From Candidatus Omnitrophota bacterium (GTDB lineage Bacteria; Omnitrophota; Gorgyraeia; Zapsychrales; Zapsychraceae): a stretch of 64,000 bases of DNA. How positions within the stretch are numbered: position 1 is the stretch's first letter; every line of letters begins with the position of its first letter. Positions 46,619-55,646 of the stretch are shown here, piece by piece. Made by a program: the position numbers and the translations under genes. The DNA is taken from positions 128,061 to 192,060 of the forward strand of contig JAGQKV010000002.1 in the NCBI GenBank assembly GCA_020429915.1, in the 5' to 3' direction. Under the pieces are notes generated by a model. That model was not told the DNA's origin. It made no database searches and was given only the letters and a program-made list of their open reading frames with translations.

Positions 46619-47551
46619 ATGGATATCTATCTAGCCAAAACCCAGGGGTTTTGCGCGGGTGTTTCATTTGCCATCGAGATCGTTGATGAGGCCCTGCGCC
46701 GGTTCGGAGCCCCGCTGTATGTGTATCACGAAATCGTGCACAACACTTATGTGGTCAACCAGTTCCGCGACAAAGGTGTGATTTTTGTCGAGCGCATCCA
46801 GGACGTGCCGGAAGGGTCCCGGATCATCTTTTCCGCGCACGGAGTCCCGCCCACGGTCATCGAGCAAGCCGAGGCGCGCCGGCTGCAGTTTGTCGACGCT
46901 ACCTGCCCGTTGGTGACCAAGGTCCATAATGAGGCCACCAAGTTTTCCAATCATCACTACGAAACGGTGCTGATCGGCCATCGCGGGCATCAGGAACTCA
47001 TCGGGACCGCCGGGTATGTAGATCCGCAATATCTGCATATCGTCGAGGACGAGGAAGACATCGATGCCCTCAACATCGATCCCCAGGCGCCGGTGGCCTT
47101 CATTACCCAAACGACCTTGTCGGTCGATGACACCGAGGCGATGGTCGAGAAGCTCAAACAAAAATTTCCGAACCTCAATGCCCCGCCGCGCTCCGATCTT
47201 TGTTACGCGACGCAAAACCGGCAGGATTCGGTCAAGGAACTGGCCAAGGACTGCGATGTGATCATCATCTGCGGATCGCCCAATAGTTCCAACAGCAACC
47301 GTCTGCGCGAGACCGGCGAAAAAGCGGGCTGTCCCAGCTACATAATCGACACCGCCGACGAGCTGGACTTGTCCGTTCTCAACGGAAAGAAGAAAGTCGG
47401 CATCAGCTCGGGCGCCTCGGTGCCGCGCATTATCGTGGACGATTTGGTCGCCCGCATACAGCAGCGGCATCCGGACAGCCGGGTGCATGAGTTCGACAAT
47501 CCTGAGAAAAATATCGTCTTTGCCCTGCCCAAGGAGCTGCGGGAGAATTAA
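46619..47551 (+). CDS. ispH: 4-hydroxy-3-methylbut-2-enyl diphosphate reductase (LytB)
   Basis: 310 aa. GFCAGV, HEIVHN and TCPLV motifs carrying the three cluster cysteines. Confidence 0.9.
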   Translation: MDIYLAKTQGFCAGVSFAIEIVDEALRRFGAPLYVYHEIVHNTYVVNQFRDKGVIFVERIQDVPEGSRIIFSAHGVPPTVIEQAEARRLQFVDATCPLVTKVHNEATKFSNHHYETVLIGHRGHQELIGTAGYVDPQYLHIVEDEEDIDALNIDPQAPVAFITQTTLSVDDTEAMVEKLKQKFPNLNAPPRSDLCYATQNRQDSVKELAKDCDVIIICGSPNSSNSNRLRETGEKAGCPSYIIDTADELDLSVLNGKKKVGISSGASVPRIIVDDLVARIQQRHPDSRVHEFDNPEKNIVFALPKELREN

Positions 47552-47554
47552 GCC

Positions 47555-47809
47555 ATGGCCAAGCTGATCATCGACGGCAGTGAGCATGATGTGCAGGACG
47601 GCGCCTTGATCGACGAGATCTGCGAAAATGAAGGCGTTCCTTTCAGCTGCAATTCCGGGGTGTGCGGGACCTGTCAAATCGAGGTCCTTGAGGGACAGGA
47701 GCATCTCAACGATTTGAATGACGAAGAGCGTGAACTGGGTATGGACCGGAATAACCGGCTCGGCTGCCAATGCCGCATCATGGGCGGTACCGTGAAGGTG
47801 ACCTACTAA
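47555..47809 (+). CDS. fdx: [2Fe-2S] ferredoxin
   Basis: 84 aa. C-x4-C-x2-C...C pattern (SCNSGVCGTC ... LGCQC). Starts 4 nt after the ispH stop. Confidence 0.75.
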   Translation: MAKLIIDGSEHDVQDGALIDEICENEGVPFSCNSGVCGTCQIEVLEGQEHLNDLNDEERELGMDRNNRLGCQCRIMGGTVKVTY

Positions 47810-47810
47810 A

Positions 47811-48563
47811 ATGCACTTCTCCCTCTCCGATCAAACTCTTAATCCTATACAGCTCGCGGAGTGTCTCGCCTCCGATGAGTGCGGCGCGCTGGCGACCTTT
47901 GCGGGTACGGTCCGCAATCGTAATCTTGATCGTGAGGTGACCGCCCTGGAGTACGAGGCCTATGCCGATCTTTGCGCGGTGGAGATGGAACGACTTTTTG
48001 AGGAAGTCCGCTCAAGGTTCGCGATTGCCGATGTCCGCGTCTGTCATCGCACGGGGCGCCTGGCGGTCGGTGAAACGGCCGTCTGGATCGGTGTGACCGC
48101 GGGCCACCGTGCGGCCGCCTTTGACGCGTGCCGGTATCTTATCGACGAGCTTAAACAGCGGCTGCCGATCTGGAAAAAGGAATACTACCGCGACGGGGAT
48201 TCCGGCTGGATCGGATGCGCACCGGAAGCGGGTACGGTCCCCCCGGCGGCAGATACCCTCGAAAAGGACGTGCGGCAGCTTTCCGCCCGGCAATTATCGG
48301 AGGCGGTCCTGGTGGACGTCCGGGAACCGATTGAACGGATGATGGCGCCGTTATCCGGCATCGATTGCCTGGAGATTCCTTATGGAAGTTTTCCGTGTGA
48401 AGAGGAACTCTTCCGGGATGGCCGCGAATACCTGCTTTTTTGCGCTCAGGGTATCCGTTCCCTGCAGGCGGTGCGGTTGCTGCGGGAAGCCGGGATCAGG
48501 AATGCCTATTCCCTGAACAATACCTTTGGTGAAATCAAGGCGGCGGTGAATGCCCCCCGCTGA
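47811..48563 (+). CDS. moaE: Molybdopterin synthase catalytic subunit MoaE fused to a C-terminal rhodanese domain
   Basis: Residues 1-150 align with MoaE (ATFAGTVRN, GVTAGHRAAAFDACRYLIDELKQRLPIWKKE). Residues 160-250 are a rhodanese fold with active-site Cys (LLFCAQGIRS). Confidence 0.7.
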   Translation: MHFSLSDQTLNPIQLAECLASDECGALATFAGTVRNRNLDREVTALEYEAYADLCAVEMERLFEEVRSRFAIADVRVCHRTGRLAVGETAVWIGVTAGHRAAAFDACRYLIDELKQRLPIWKKEYYRDGDSGWIGCAPEAGTVPPAADTLEKDVRQLSARQLSEAVLVDVREPIERMMAPLSGIDCLEIPYGSFPCEEELFRDGREYLLFCAQGIRSLQAVRLLREAGIRNAYSLNNTFGEIKAAVNAPR

Positions 48564-49533
48564 TCAGTCCAAGGATGCCGCTGCCTTTATCCCGCCTGCC
48601 GGCATCCCGCTCCTACCTGAACGTCAATTATCCCGATATACAACTTTTCAATTAGGCGGCCCGGCCCGCGGTGTCCTGTCGTGCCGGACCCCTGCCGAGC
48701 TCAGGCAGGCGGTCCTGGCCCTGACCTCCCAAGGCTGTCCGTTTATCCTGATCGGCGGCGGGTCGAACCTGGTCGTTTCCGATCAGGGCCTCGAATGTTA
48801 CGTGATCCGCTATTTTAGCGAAGAGCCGGTTCTCCGGCTGGAGGAGGATGTGCTGACAGTCTCCGGCAGCACCCGGCTGGATGACGCCGTGGCCTATGCG
48901 GCCTGTCACGGCTACGAAGGGCTTAATTATGCCAGCGGCATTCCCGGTACGGTCGGCGGTGCGGTGGTCGGCAATGCGGGCGCCTTCGGCCGGCAGGTAG
49001 GTGATGTCTTGAGTTCGGCCCTGCTCATTCATCCTGACGGGACACAACGCCGGGTCGGAGCTCAGGAGCTTGATTTTCAGTACCGGCATTCCGCTTTGAA
49101 GGAATCCCGCGAGATTGTCGCGGAAGCGGCGTTCGCGCTGCGGTCCGCCGATGCCGCGGGGCTCCAAAAAGAACGCGCAGAGATCTTGAAGATCAGGGCC
49201 GGAAAGCATCCGGATCTGTCTCAAAACCCCTGCGCGGGAAGTTTCTTTCGCAATATTGAACCCACCTCTCAGGCCGGGCGCCGCCAGGCGGCCGGGTGGT
49301 TTCTCGATCAGGCCGGAGGAAAGGCCTTGTCTTACGGCGGTGCCGCTATCTATCCGAAGCACGCGAATATCATCGTGAAGGGGCCGGACTGCAAGGCCCA
49401 GGATGTTTATGAGCTTTCACGCATGATGGCGCGTCTCGCCAAAGATCACTTCAATCTGGATCTCGTACGCGAGGTTCGCTTCGTCGGTGATTTCGACGGC
49501 GCAGAGCCGAGCGAGCACACCCTGATCTGGTAA
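48550..49533 (+). CDS. murB: UDP-N-acetylenolpyruvoylglucosamine reductase
   Basis: 327 aa. TTFQLGGPA FAD-binding start, GGGSNL, and C-terminal MurB domain. Confidence 0.8.
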   Translation: MPPADQSKDAAAFIPPAGIPLLPERQLSRYTTFQLGGPARGVLSCRTPAELRQAVLALTSQGCPFILIGGGSNLVVSDQGLECYVIRYFSEEPVLRLEEDVLTVSGSTRLDDAVAYAACHGYEGLNYASGIPGTVGGAVVGNAGAFGRQVGDVLSSALLIHPDGTQRRVGAQELDFQYRHSALKESREIVAEAAFALRSADAAGLQKERAEILKIRAGKHPDLSQNPCAGSFFRNIEPTSQAGRRQAAGWFLDQAGGKALSYGGAAIYPKHANIIVKGPDCKAQDVYELSRMMARLAKDHFNLDLVREVRFVGDFDGAEPSEHTLIW

Positions 49534-49537
49534 ACCT

Positions 49538-50626
49538 TTACTTCGTATCTTTCAGCTTCTTTTGCAGCATGCGCTTCTGGTCTTCATAGAAGCGGTCCTG
49601 TTCTTGGATGAACTCGGTCCGGTCTGAGCTCAGCTTCTCGAGAAGCTTTTTTTCTTCCATCTTTTGCTGCTCTACCGCTTCACGCAGGTCTTCCACGCGT
49701 TTGTTGCGGCGGGAAAGGAGCTTTTCAAAGTCTTGATAGTACTCCTTTTCCTTTTCGTAGAACATTTCGCGCTTGAGTTTCATCGCGTCCTGCTTCTTGG
49801 TCAGCTCAGCCAATTCTTGTTCCATTTTGGCCTTGGCTTCTTCATAGTCGGACTTGACCTTGGCGTGCTCCATTTTGAGATTCTTGAGTTCGCGTTCCTG
49901 GTCACGTTCCAGGTGTTCCTTCTCTTTTTTGAAATCGTCCTCGGCAGACTTGAGCTGCTTGGTGTACTGCATGCGCTCGGTCTTGAATTTTTCCTTGGCT
50001 TCTTCCATGGCCTTCATTTCCGCGGCATGTTCGCTTTTGGCGCGCGACATTTCTTCCTTGTGCGCGGCCATCATGGCGTTGGTTTCGCTTTCGACGCGGG
50101 CGCGTGATTCATTTTGCTCCTTCGCGAGGTTGGCCTTAAGAGTTTCGAGTTCCGTCTCGATCTTTTTGCGTTCCGCTTCGAGGTCTTTTTCGACCTGCTT
50201 TTTCTGCTCGGTCAATGAGCGAAGTTCGGCGCGGGTGTTGCGTTCGAGTTCTTCGCGTTCCGCCTCGATTTCGGCCTTCATTTTGTTCTTTTCTTCCATC
50301 AGGCGCTTTTCCGCGGCTTTGTTAATTTCCTGCTGAGCGCGGATCTTGTCGATGACCTTGGCTTGTTCTGCCTTGAGTTTGTCATAATCGGCGCGGAGTT
50401 TTTCATTTTCCAGATAGAGTTCGCGGTTCATATCGCGAACCTTTGAGTTGTCCTTCTTCTGGATCGTCCGTTCTTCCGTGTCGATGTCGTTCTGAATTCC
50501 GGAAATCCCCTTGTAAGCCTTCATCTGCTCACGGTATAGGGAATCATCCGCTGTGTACCCCGGTCGCGCGACGGCTACAGCCAAGACGGCGACAACTGCT
50601 ACGATAAAGTTCATCCTGCGTTTCAT
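49538..50626 (-). CDS. Secreted, highly charged coiled-coil protein (hypothetical)
   Basis: Signal peptide MKRRMNFIVAVVAVLAVAVA followed by about 340 aa of E/K/R-rich heptad-like sequence. Confidence 0.5.
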   Translation of the reverse strand: MKRRMNFIVAVVAVLAVAVARPGYTADDSLYREQMKAYKGISGIQNDIDTEERTIQKKDNSKVRDMNRELYLENEKLRADYDKLKAEQAKVIDKIRAQQEINKAAEKRLMEEKNKMKAEIEAEREELERNTRAELRSLTEQKKQVEKDLEAERKKIETELETLKANLAKEQNESRARVESETNAMMAAHKEEMSRAKSEHAAEMKAMEEAKEKFKTERMQYTKQLKSAEDDFKKEKEHLERDQERELKNLKMEHAKVKSDYEEAKAKMEQELAELTKKQDAMKLKREMFYEKEKEYYQDFEKLLSRRNKRVEDLREAVEQQKMEEKKLLEKLSSDRTEFIQEQDRFYEDQKRMLQKKLKDTK

Positions 50627-50766
50627 GATAGCTACCTCTCCTCCTCCAGTTAAATTAAACATATGGGTAAATATAACACATATTCACGCAGTAGCAAGTT
50701 TTTTAAATGATGTAACTTATTCCAACTATTATGCTTAGTATAAAAGTACGGGCAGGAAGGCGATGA

Positions 50767-51783
50767 CTAACCGCCGATTTGGTACATTTCCAGCTTTTTT
50801 TGAGTATTTTGATCCGCCCCCGGCCCGGCCCGCAGTTCGGAATAACGGTCCGATCGCCCCTGCCAAGTCTGCCCGATCAGTTCCCGCAGACGATTATCCG
50901 TAGCCCCGCCGCGCAGCTCGTCGCGCAGATTGACGCCTCCCTCGGCGAACAGGCACGTGACCAGCCGTCCGTCCGTGGTGATCCGTAAGCGGGTGCATGA
51001 ACGGCAAAACGGTTGGCTCACGGAGGAGATAAAACCGATCTCTCCCTGCCCGTCCCGGTAAGCATAGCGTTCGGCCACCTCACCGAAGTAGTTGCGGTCC
51101 AGCGCCTGCAGCGGATAGCGCCGGTCGATGAGTGTCAGGATCTTGGCCGACGGCACTACGTAGCGTCGGTCCCAGTGATTGCACGTCCCGACATCCATGT
51201 ACTCAATGAATCGCAGGATGCAACCGGTTCCCCGGAAATAATCAACCAGATCGAGGATGCTGCCGTCGTTGACCCCTTTCTGGATGACGACATTGATCTT
51301 GATCGATGCGATGCCGGAGTCCCTCGCGGCGGAAATCCCGTCGAGGACTGTTGTCAGAGGTGTTTGGGTGCCGCCCATGTCGCGAAAGATGCGCGAATCC
51401 AGCGTATCCAGACTGACCGTCAGCCGGCTGAGTCCCGCCGCCTTAAGCTGTCCGGCGTAACGGGAGAGCAACGAGCCGTTGGTCGTCAAGGCGATATCCG
51501 GGGCGGGTGTCAGCGCGTTCAGGTTCCGGACCAAATCCGGGATGTCCGGACGCAACAAAGGTTCGCCGCCGGTGAGTCGGACCTTTTGCACCCCGCAGGT
51601 CAGCAGCACGCGCGCCAGCCGCAGGATTTCCTCGCCCGTCAGCCATTCGCGTTTGGCGAGAAACGCGTATTCCTTTTCCGGCTGCGCGGGCATGCAATAC
51701 TGGCAGCGAAAGTTGCAGCGATCGATGACCGAGACACGGACATCCTGCAACGGCCGGTTAAATTGATCGGTAATGGTGTTCAT
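50767..51783 (-). CDS. moaA: GTP 3',8-cyclase (radical SAM)
   Basis: 338 aa. CNFRCQYC radical-SAM cluster motif and C-terminal second-cluster cysteines. Confidence 0.9.
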   Translation of the reverse strand: MNTITDQFNRPLQDVRVSVIDRCNFRCQYCMPAQPEKEYAFLAKREWLTGEEILRLARVLLTCGVQKVRLTGGEPLLRPDIPDLVRNLNALTPAPDIALTTNGSLLSRYAGQLKAAGLSRLTVSLDTLDSRIFRDMGGTQTPLTTVLDGISAARDSGIASIKINVVIQKGVNDGSILDLVDYFRGTGCILRFIEYMDVGTCNHWDRRYVVPSAKILTLIDRRYPLQALDRNYFGEVAERYAYRDGQGEIGFISSVSQPFCRSCTRLRITTDGRLVTCLFAEGGVNLRDELRGGATDNRLRELIGQTWQGRSDRYSELRAGPGADQNTQKKLEMYQIGG

Positions 51784-51786
51784 GAA

Positions 51787-52242
51787 TTACTCCGTCGATA
51801 CTTGCGGTAAGCTGGCCCATGCGGCCCGGGCCGTGTGCCACGGCAGCGTGGCGCATGGCACGCGTGAAGGGAATTCCCTGATTCCTTCAAAGACATTCAA
51901 TTCCCCAAGAAGTTGCTCGTCGATGACAGTCGTCCTTCGGGGCTTGACCAAGCGCTCGAATTCTGTCATCAACGCTTCGAAAGCCGGCGCGTCCATTCCC
52001 GTAAGCCGGTCCGTAAGCAGGGATGCCGAACATGTACACACCGCGCAGCAGTCGCCTTCGAATGAGGCGGCCGTGACGGTCCCGTCACGCAGACTGAAAT
52101 ATACAGTCACCGCGTCGCCGCACACCGGGTTATAACCGCGCGCCTGATGAGTGGCCTCTGCCAAAGGGCCGTAATTGTGCGGATCACGGTTATGTGCGAT
52201 CACCACCTGTTGGTAGAGTCGGGATATGTCCTTGTCCGTCAT
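51787..52242 (-). CDS. sufU: SUF-type Fe-S assembly sulfur-acceptor/scaffold protein SufU (NifU-like N-domain)
   Basis: LYQQVVIAHNRDPHNYG, NPVCGD and GDCCAVC motifs. True start MTDKDISRLY overlaps the sufS stop as ATGA. The ORF-track 5' extension is non-homologous. Confidence 0.75.
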   Translation of the reverse strand: MTDKDISRLYQQVVIAHNRDPHNYGPLAEATHQARGYNPVCGDAVTVYFSLRDGTVTAASFEGDCCAVCTCSASLLTDRLTGMDAPAFEALMTEFERLVKPRRTTVIDEQLLGELNVFEGIREFPSRVPCATLPWHTARAAWASLPQVSTE

Positions 52243-52243
52243 G

Positions 52244-53479
52244 TCAGTGGAAAATATCGATCGCCTTGCGGACCGCTTCGGCCAGGATATCCATCTCCTC
52301 GATTGTGTTGTACAACGAAACCGATGCCCGCGAGGTCGCGCTGATCTCGAAATGATCCATGACGGGTTGCGTGCAGTGATGCCCCGTACGGATGGCCACA
52401 CCTTGTTTGTCGACAAGCGTTCCCATGTCGTGGGCGTGAACGTCCGGATGGACGAACGAGATCACCGATGTTTTCTCGCGTGCCCGTCCGATGATACGCA
52501 CGCCGGGAATTTCCTCGAGTTTGGCCGTGGCGTAACGTAGCAACTCTTGTCGGTGCGGATGCGTGTTGGGTAAACCGATTTCCGCGACATAATCGATGGC
52601 GGCGCCGAGGCCGATCACGTCCGCAATGTTCGGTGTGCCTGCCTCGAATTTGTAGGGAAGGCTGTTGAAGGTCGTCTTGGCGAAGCTGACGCTTTCGATC
52701 ATGTCGCCGCCGCCGCGATACGGTGGCATCCTGTTGAGCAGGTCCTTTTTGCCGTACAACACTCCGACACCCGTCGGGCCGAAGAGTTTATGCCCTGAAA
52801 AAGCCAGAAAGTCGCAATCCAAATCCTGCACATCGATCGGCGCATAACTGACGGCCTGGGCCGCGTCGATCAATACCGGTGTCCCCTGTGCGCGGGCCGC
52901 GCCGATCATCTCGCGGACCGGATTGATCGTGCCCAGCGAGTTCGAGATATAAACCGCCGCGACCAATTTGGTTTTCGGACCGAGCAGCGCGCGGTAGGCG
53001 TCCATATCGAGTTCGCCGTCTTCGTTGAACGGGACAACTTTTAGGACACATTTCTTCTCTTCGCAAAGCATCTGCCAGGGAACGATATTCGAGTGATGCT
53101 CCATCTCGGTGATGAGGATTTCGTCTCCGGCGCCGATAAAGGCGCGTCCGAAGCATTGCGCCACGAGGTTGATCGAATCCGTGGTCCCGCCCGTCAGGAG
53201 GATCTCCTCACGGGAAGCCGCATTCAGAAACCGCCGGATCTTCTCCCGGGCGCCTTCATAGGCTGCTGTGGCGCGTTCGCTCAGCGTGTGCACCCCGCGG
53301 TGCACGTTGGCGGTTTCATGCCGGTAGTGATGTTCAATGGCCTCGATGACGCGGTTGGGTTTGAGCGTCGTGGCGGCATTGTCCAGATACACCAAAGGCT
53401 TGCCGTTGACCTGTTCGGCCAGAATCGGAAAGTCGCGGCGCACCTTGGAGACGTCGAATGTGGCGGCGGTATGGTCCAT
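52244..53479 (-). CDS. sufS: Cysteine desulfurase SufS
   Basis: 411 aa class-V aminotransferase. PLP Lys in SGHKLFGPTG and active-site Cys in RTGHHCTQP. Confidence 0.9.
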   Translation of the reverse strand: MDHTAATFDVSKVRRDFPILAEQVNGKPLVYLDNAATTLKPNRVIEAIEHHYRHETANVHRGVHTLSERATAAYEGAREKIRRFLNAASREEILLTGGTTDSINLVAQCFGRAFIGAGDEILITEMEHHSNIVPWQMLCEEKKCVLKVVPFNEDGELDMDAYRALLGPKTKLVAAVYISNSLGTINPVREMIGAARAQGTPVLIDAAQAVSYAPIDVQDLDCDFLAFSGHKLFGPTGVGVLYGKKDLLNRMPPYRGGGDMIESVSFAKTTFNSLPYKFEAGTPNIADVIGLGAAIDYVAEIGLPNTHPHRQELLRYATAKLEEIPGVRIIGRAREKTSVISFVHPDVHAHDMGTLVDKQGVAIRTGHHCTQPVMDHFEISATSRASVSLYNTIEEMDILAEAVRKAIDIFH

Positions 53480-53486
53480 GAATCCC

Positions 53487-54809
53487 TTATGTCAGATGGG
53501 CAAAGGCCGGTTCGATAAGCGAGTGCATCTTGCGGTTGATCTCGTCGTTCTGCACGTGGTTGAGCAGATCATCCACAAATCCGCGCGCCAGCATGCTGCG
53601 GGCGGCGTGCCTTCCTATCCCCCGGGTTTGCAGGTAAAACAACTCGTCCTCCTCCAACTGACCGATGGTGGCGCCATGTGTGCAGCGCACGTCGTCGGCA
53701 AAGATCTCGAGCTGCGGTTTGGTGTCGACCCTGCAGGCGGTTCCCAACAGCAGATTCTTGTTCAGCTGATAGGAATTGGTCTGCTGCGCGATGTCTTTGA
53801 CAAAAATCTTGCCATTGAATACGGCGCGGGCCGATTCGTTGAGGATCCCCTTGTACAGCTGATTGCTCGTGCAATTGGGGAAACGGTGGTCGACCGAGGT
53901 GTGGTTGTCGATGTGCTGGCTGCCGTAGTTCACGTAGAGTCCGTTGAGGGTTGAATCGATGCCTTCCCCGTTGAGAATGATGTCGAGATTGTTTCGGTTC
54001 AAGGCCGATCCGGTCATGACCGAGATGCTGTCGAAATGCGAATCACGCTCCTGCCACACACGGGTATTATTGATGTGATAAGCCTTCAGGCTTTCGTGCT
54101 GGGTCTTCGTGTAGTGCAGAATGCCGTTGGCGGCCAAATAGATGTCGGTGAGCGCGTTGGTGAAATAGGTGATTTCCTGGTCGAAGCAAATATGGCTTTC
54201 CAGGACCGTGAACTCACAGGATGGTCGGCCGATGATGAGCGTGCGCGGGAGCGACAAGGCCTCGCCGTTGGAGGCGCTGGTCACGTGAACGATATGGACA
54301 TAGTCCTCCACGTGCGTATTGGCGGCTGCTTCGATGTAGACACCGTTATCAGTCAGCGCGGTGTTCAGGGCCGCGAACGAAGACGCCTTGGCCGTGTCAT
54401 AACGCGAGATTAACTCCTTGATCTGGTCGCCGTGACTTTGCACCGCCTTGTCGAGGGTCAGGACCGTCAATCCGGCCGGGATGTCGGTCAGCTCGGAAAG
54501 TTCCGGACTGAAGCGGCCGTTCAGGAAGGTCACCCTGATTTTGTCGGTGGCGCAGTAGTCGGCAAATTCGGCGCGCTCTTTCAACTCGCCGGCGGTGTTC
54601 AGTTGAAATTTTTGTTTGGTGAGCGCGGTGATGTTGGTGTATTTCCATTCCTCGTCTTTGACCGTCGGGATGCCGGCTTCCTGAAAACGTGACAGGCTGG
54701 CCTGCCGCAGGGTCTTCAACCAGCCCACGCTTTCGTCCGCCAGACGCTGGTCGGCCAGGCCCGCGAAATTGTCGATAAAGTCGGTGGTTTGTATCGTTGT
54801 ATTACTCAT
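53487..54809 (-). CDS. sufD: Fe-S cluster assembly protein SufD
   Basis: 440 aa. C-terminal SufBD beta-helix motif (EIFADDVRCTHGATIGQLEEDELFYLQTRGI). Confidence 0.85.
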   Translation of the reverse strand: MSNTTIQTTDFIDNFAGLADQRLADESVGWLKTLRQASLSRFQEAGIPTVKDEEWKYTNITALTKQKFQLNTAGELKERAEFADYCATDKIRVTFLNGRFSPELSELTDIPAGLTVLTLDKAVQSHGDQIKELISRYDTAKASSFAALNTALTDNGVYIEAAANTHVEDYVHIVHVTSASNGEALSLPRTLIIGRPSCEFTVLESHICFDQEITYFTNALTDIYLAANGILHYTKTQHESLKAYHINNTRVWQERDSHFDSISVMTGSALNRNNLDIILNGEGIDSTLNGLYVNYGSQHIDNHTSVDHRFPNCTSNQLYKGILNESARAVFNGKIFVKDIAQQTNSYQLNKNLLLGTACRVDTKPQLEIFADDVRCTHGATIGQLEEDELFYLQTRGIGRHAARSMLARGFVDDLLNHVQNDEINRKMHSLIEPAFAHLT

Positions 54810-54828
54810 GGGATTGTGTCCTCAATGC

Positions 54829-55587
54829 TTATTTGATTAACCAATCGTAGCCTTTTTCCTCGACCGCCAGGGCCAGTTCCTTGCCTTCCGAACGGATGAT
54901 CTTGCCGTTAACCAGAATATGCACGAAGTCCGGCACGATGTAGTTCAGCAGACGCTGGTAATGGGTGATCACCAGGGTGGCGTTGTCCTTGCTTTTCAGT
55001 TTGTTGACGCCGTGGGCCACGATCTTCATCGAATCGATGTCCAGACCCGAGTCGGTTTCGTCGAGTACGGAAAAGCGCGGGTTGAGTATGGCCATCTGCA
55101 GGATCTCGTTGCGCTTCTTTTCCCCTCCGGAAAAGTCCACATTAAGCGGACGCTGGGTGAACTTGTCGTCCATCTCCAGCAATTCCAGTTTGGTCTTCAT
55201 GTGTTCGTTGAAGGCGACCGGGTCCATTTCGTCGACCCCCTGATGGCGGCAGACTTCGTTGAAGGCGGCGCGCAAAAACACGCTGGTATTCACTCCGGGG
55301 ATTTCCACCGGATACTGGAACGCCAGAAATATCCCCTCCCGGGCGCGTTCCTCCGGCTCCAGTTCGAGAATATTGATCTTCTTGAAGTTCACTTCGTAAT
55401 TGATTTCACCGTCTGTGACCTCGTATTCCGGATGGCCGGCGATGACCTTGGCCAGCGTGCTCTTGCCGGATCCGTTAGGACCCATGATGGCGTGTACTTC
55501 TCCCGGATTGATGGTCAGGTCGATGCCCTTGATGATTTCGGTATCGCTGTCGACGACTTTGACGTGGAGGTTCTTGATTTCGATCAT
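54829..55587 (-). CDS. sufC: Fe-S cluster assembly ATPase SufC
   Basis: 252 aa. Walker A GPNGSGKST, ABC signature FSGGEKKR. Confidence 0.95.
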   Translation of the reverse strand: MIEIKNLHVKVVDSDTEIIKGIDLTINPGEVHAIMGPNGSGKSTLAKVIAGHPEYEVTDGEINYEVNFKKINILELEPEERAREGIFLAFQYPVEIPGVNTSVFLRAAFNEVCRHQGVDEMDPVAFNEHMKTKLELLEMDDKFTQRPLNVDFSGGEKKRNEILQMAILNPRFSVLDETDSGLDIDSMKIVAHGVNKLKSKDNATLVITHYQRLLNYIVPDFVHILVNGKIIRSEGKELALAVEEKGYDWLIK

Positions 55588-55646
55588 GATTCGTATCCTT
55601 TACTATTTGATGTGACAGCAAAGGGCGGCTGCGCCCTCTGCGTAAT

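Noticed and set aside
55588-55646. Hairpin GGGCG-GCTG-CGCCC between sufC and sufB as an attenuator
   Set aside because: Short 5-bp stem inside a tightly coupled operon with no adjacent U-tract. Probably incidental GC-rich secondary structure.
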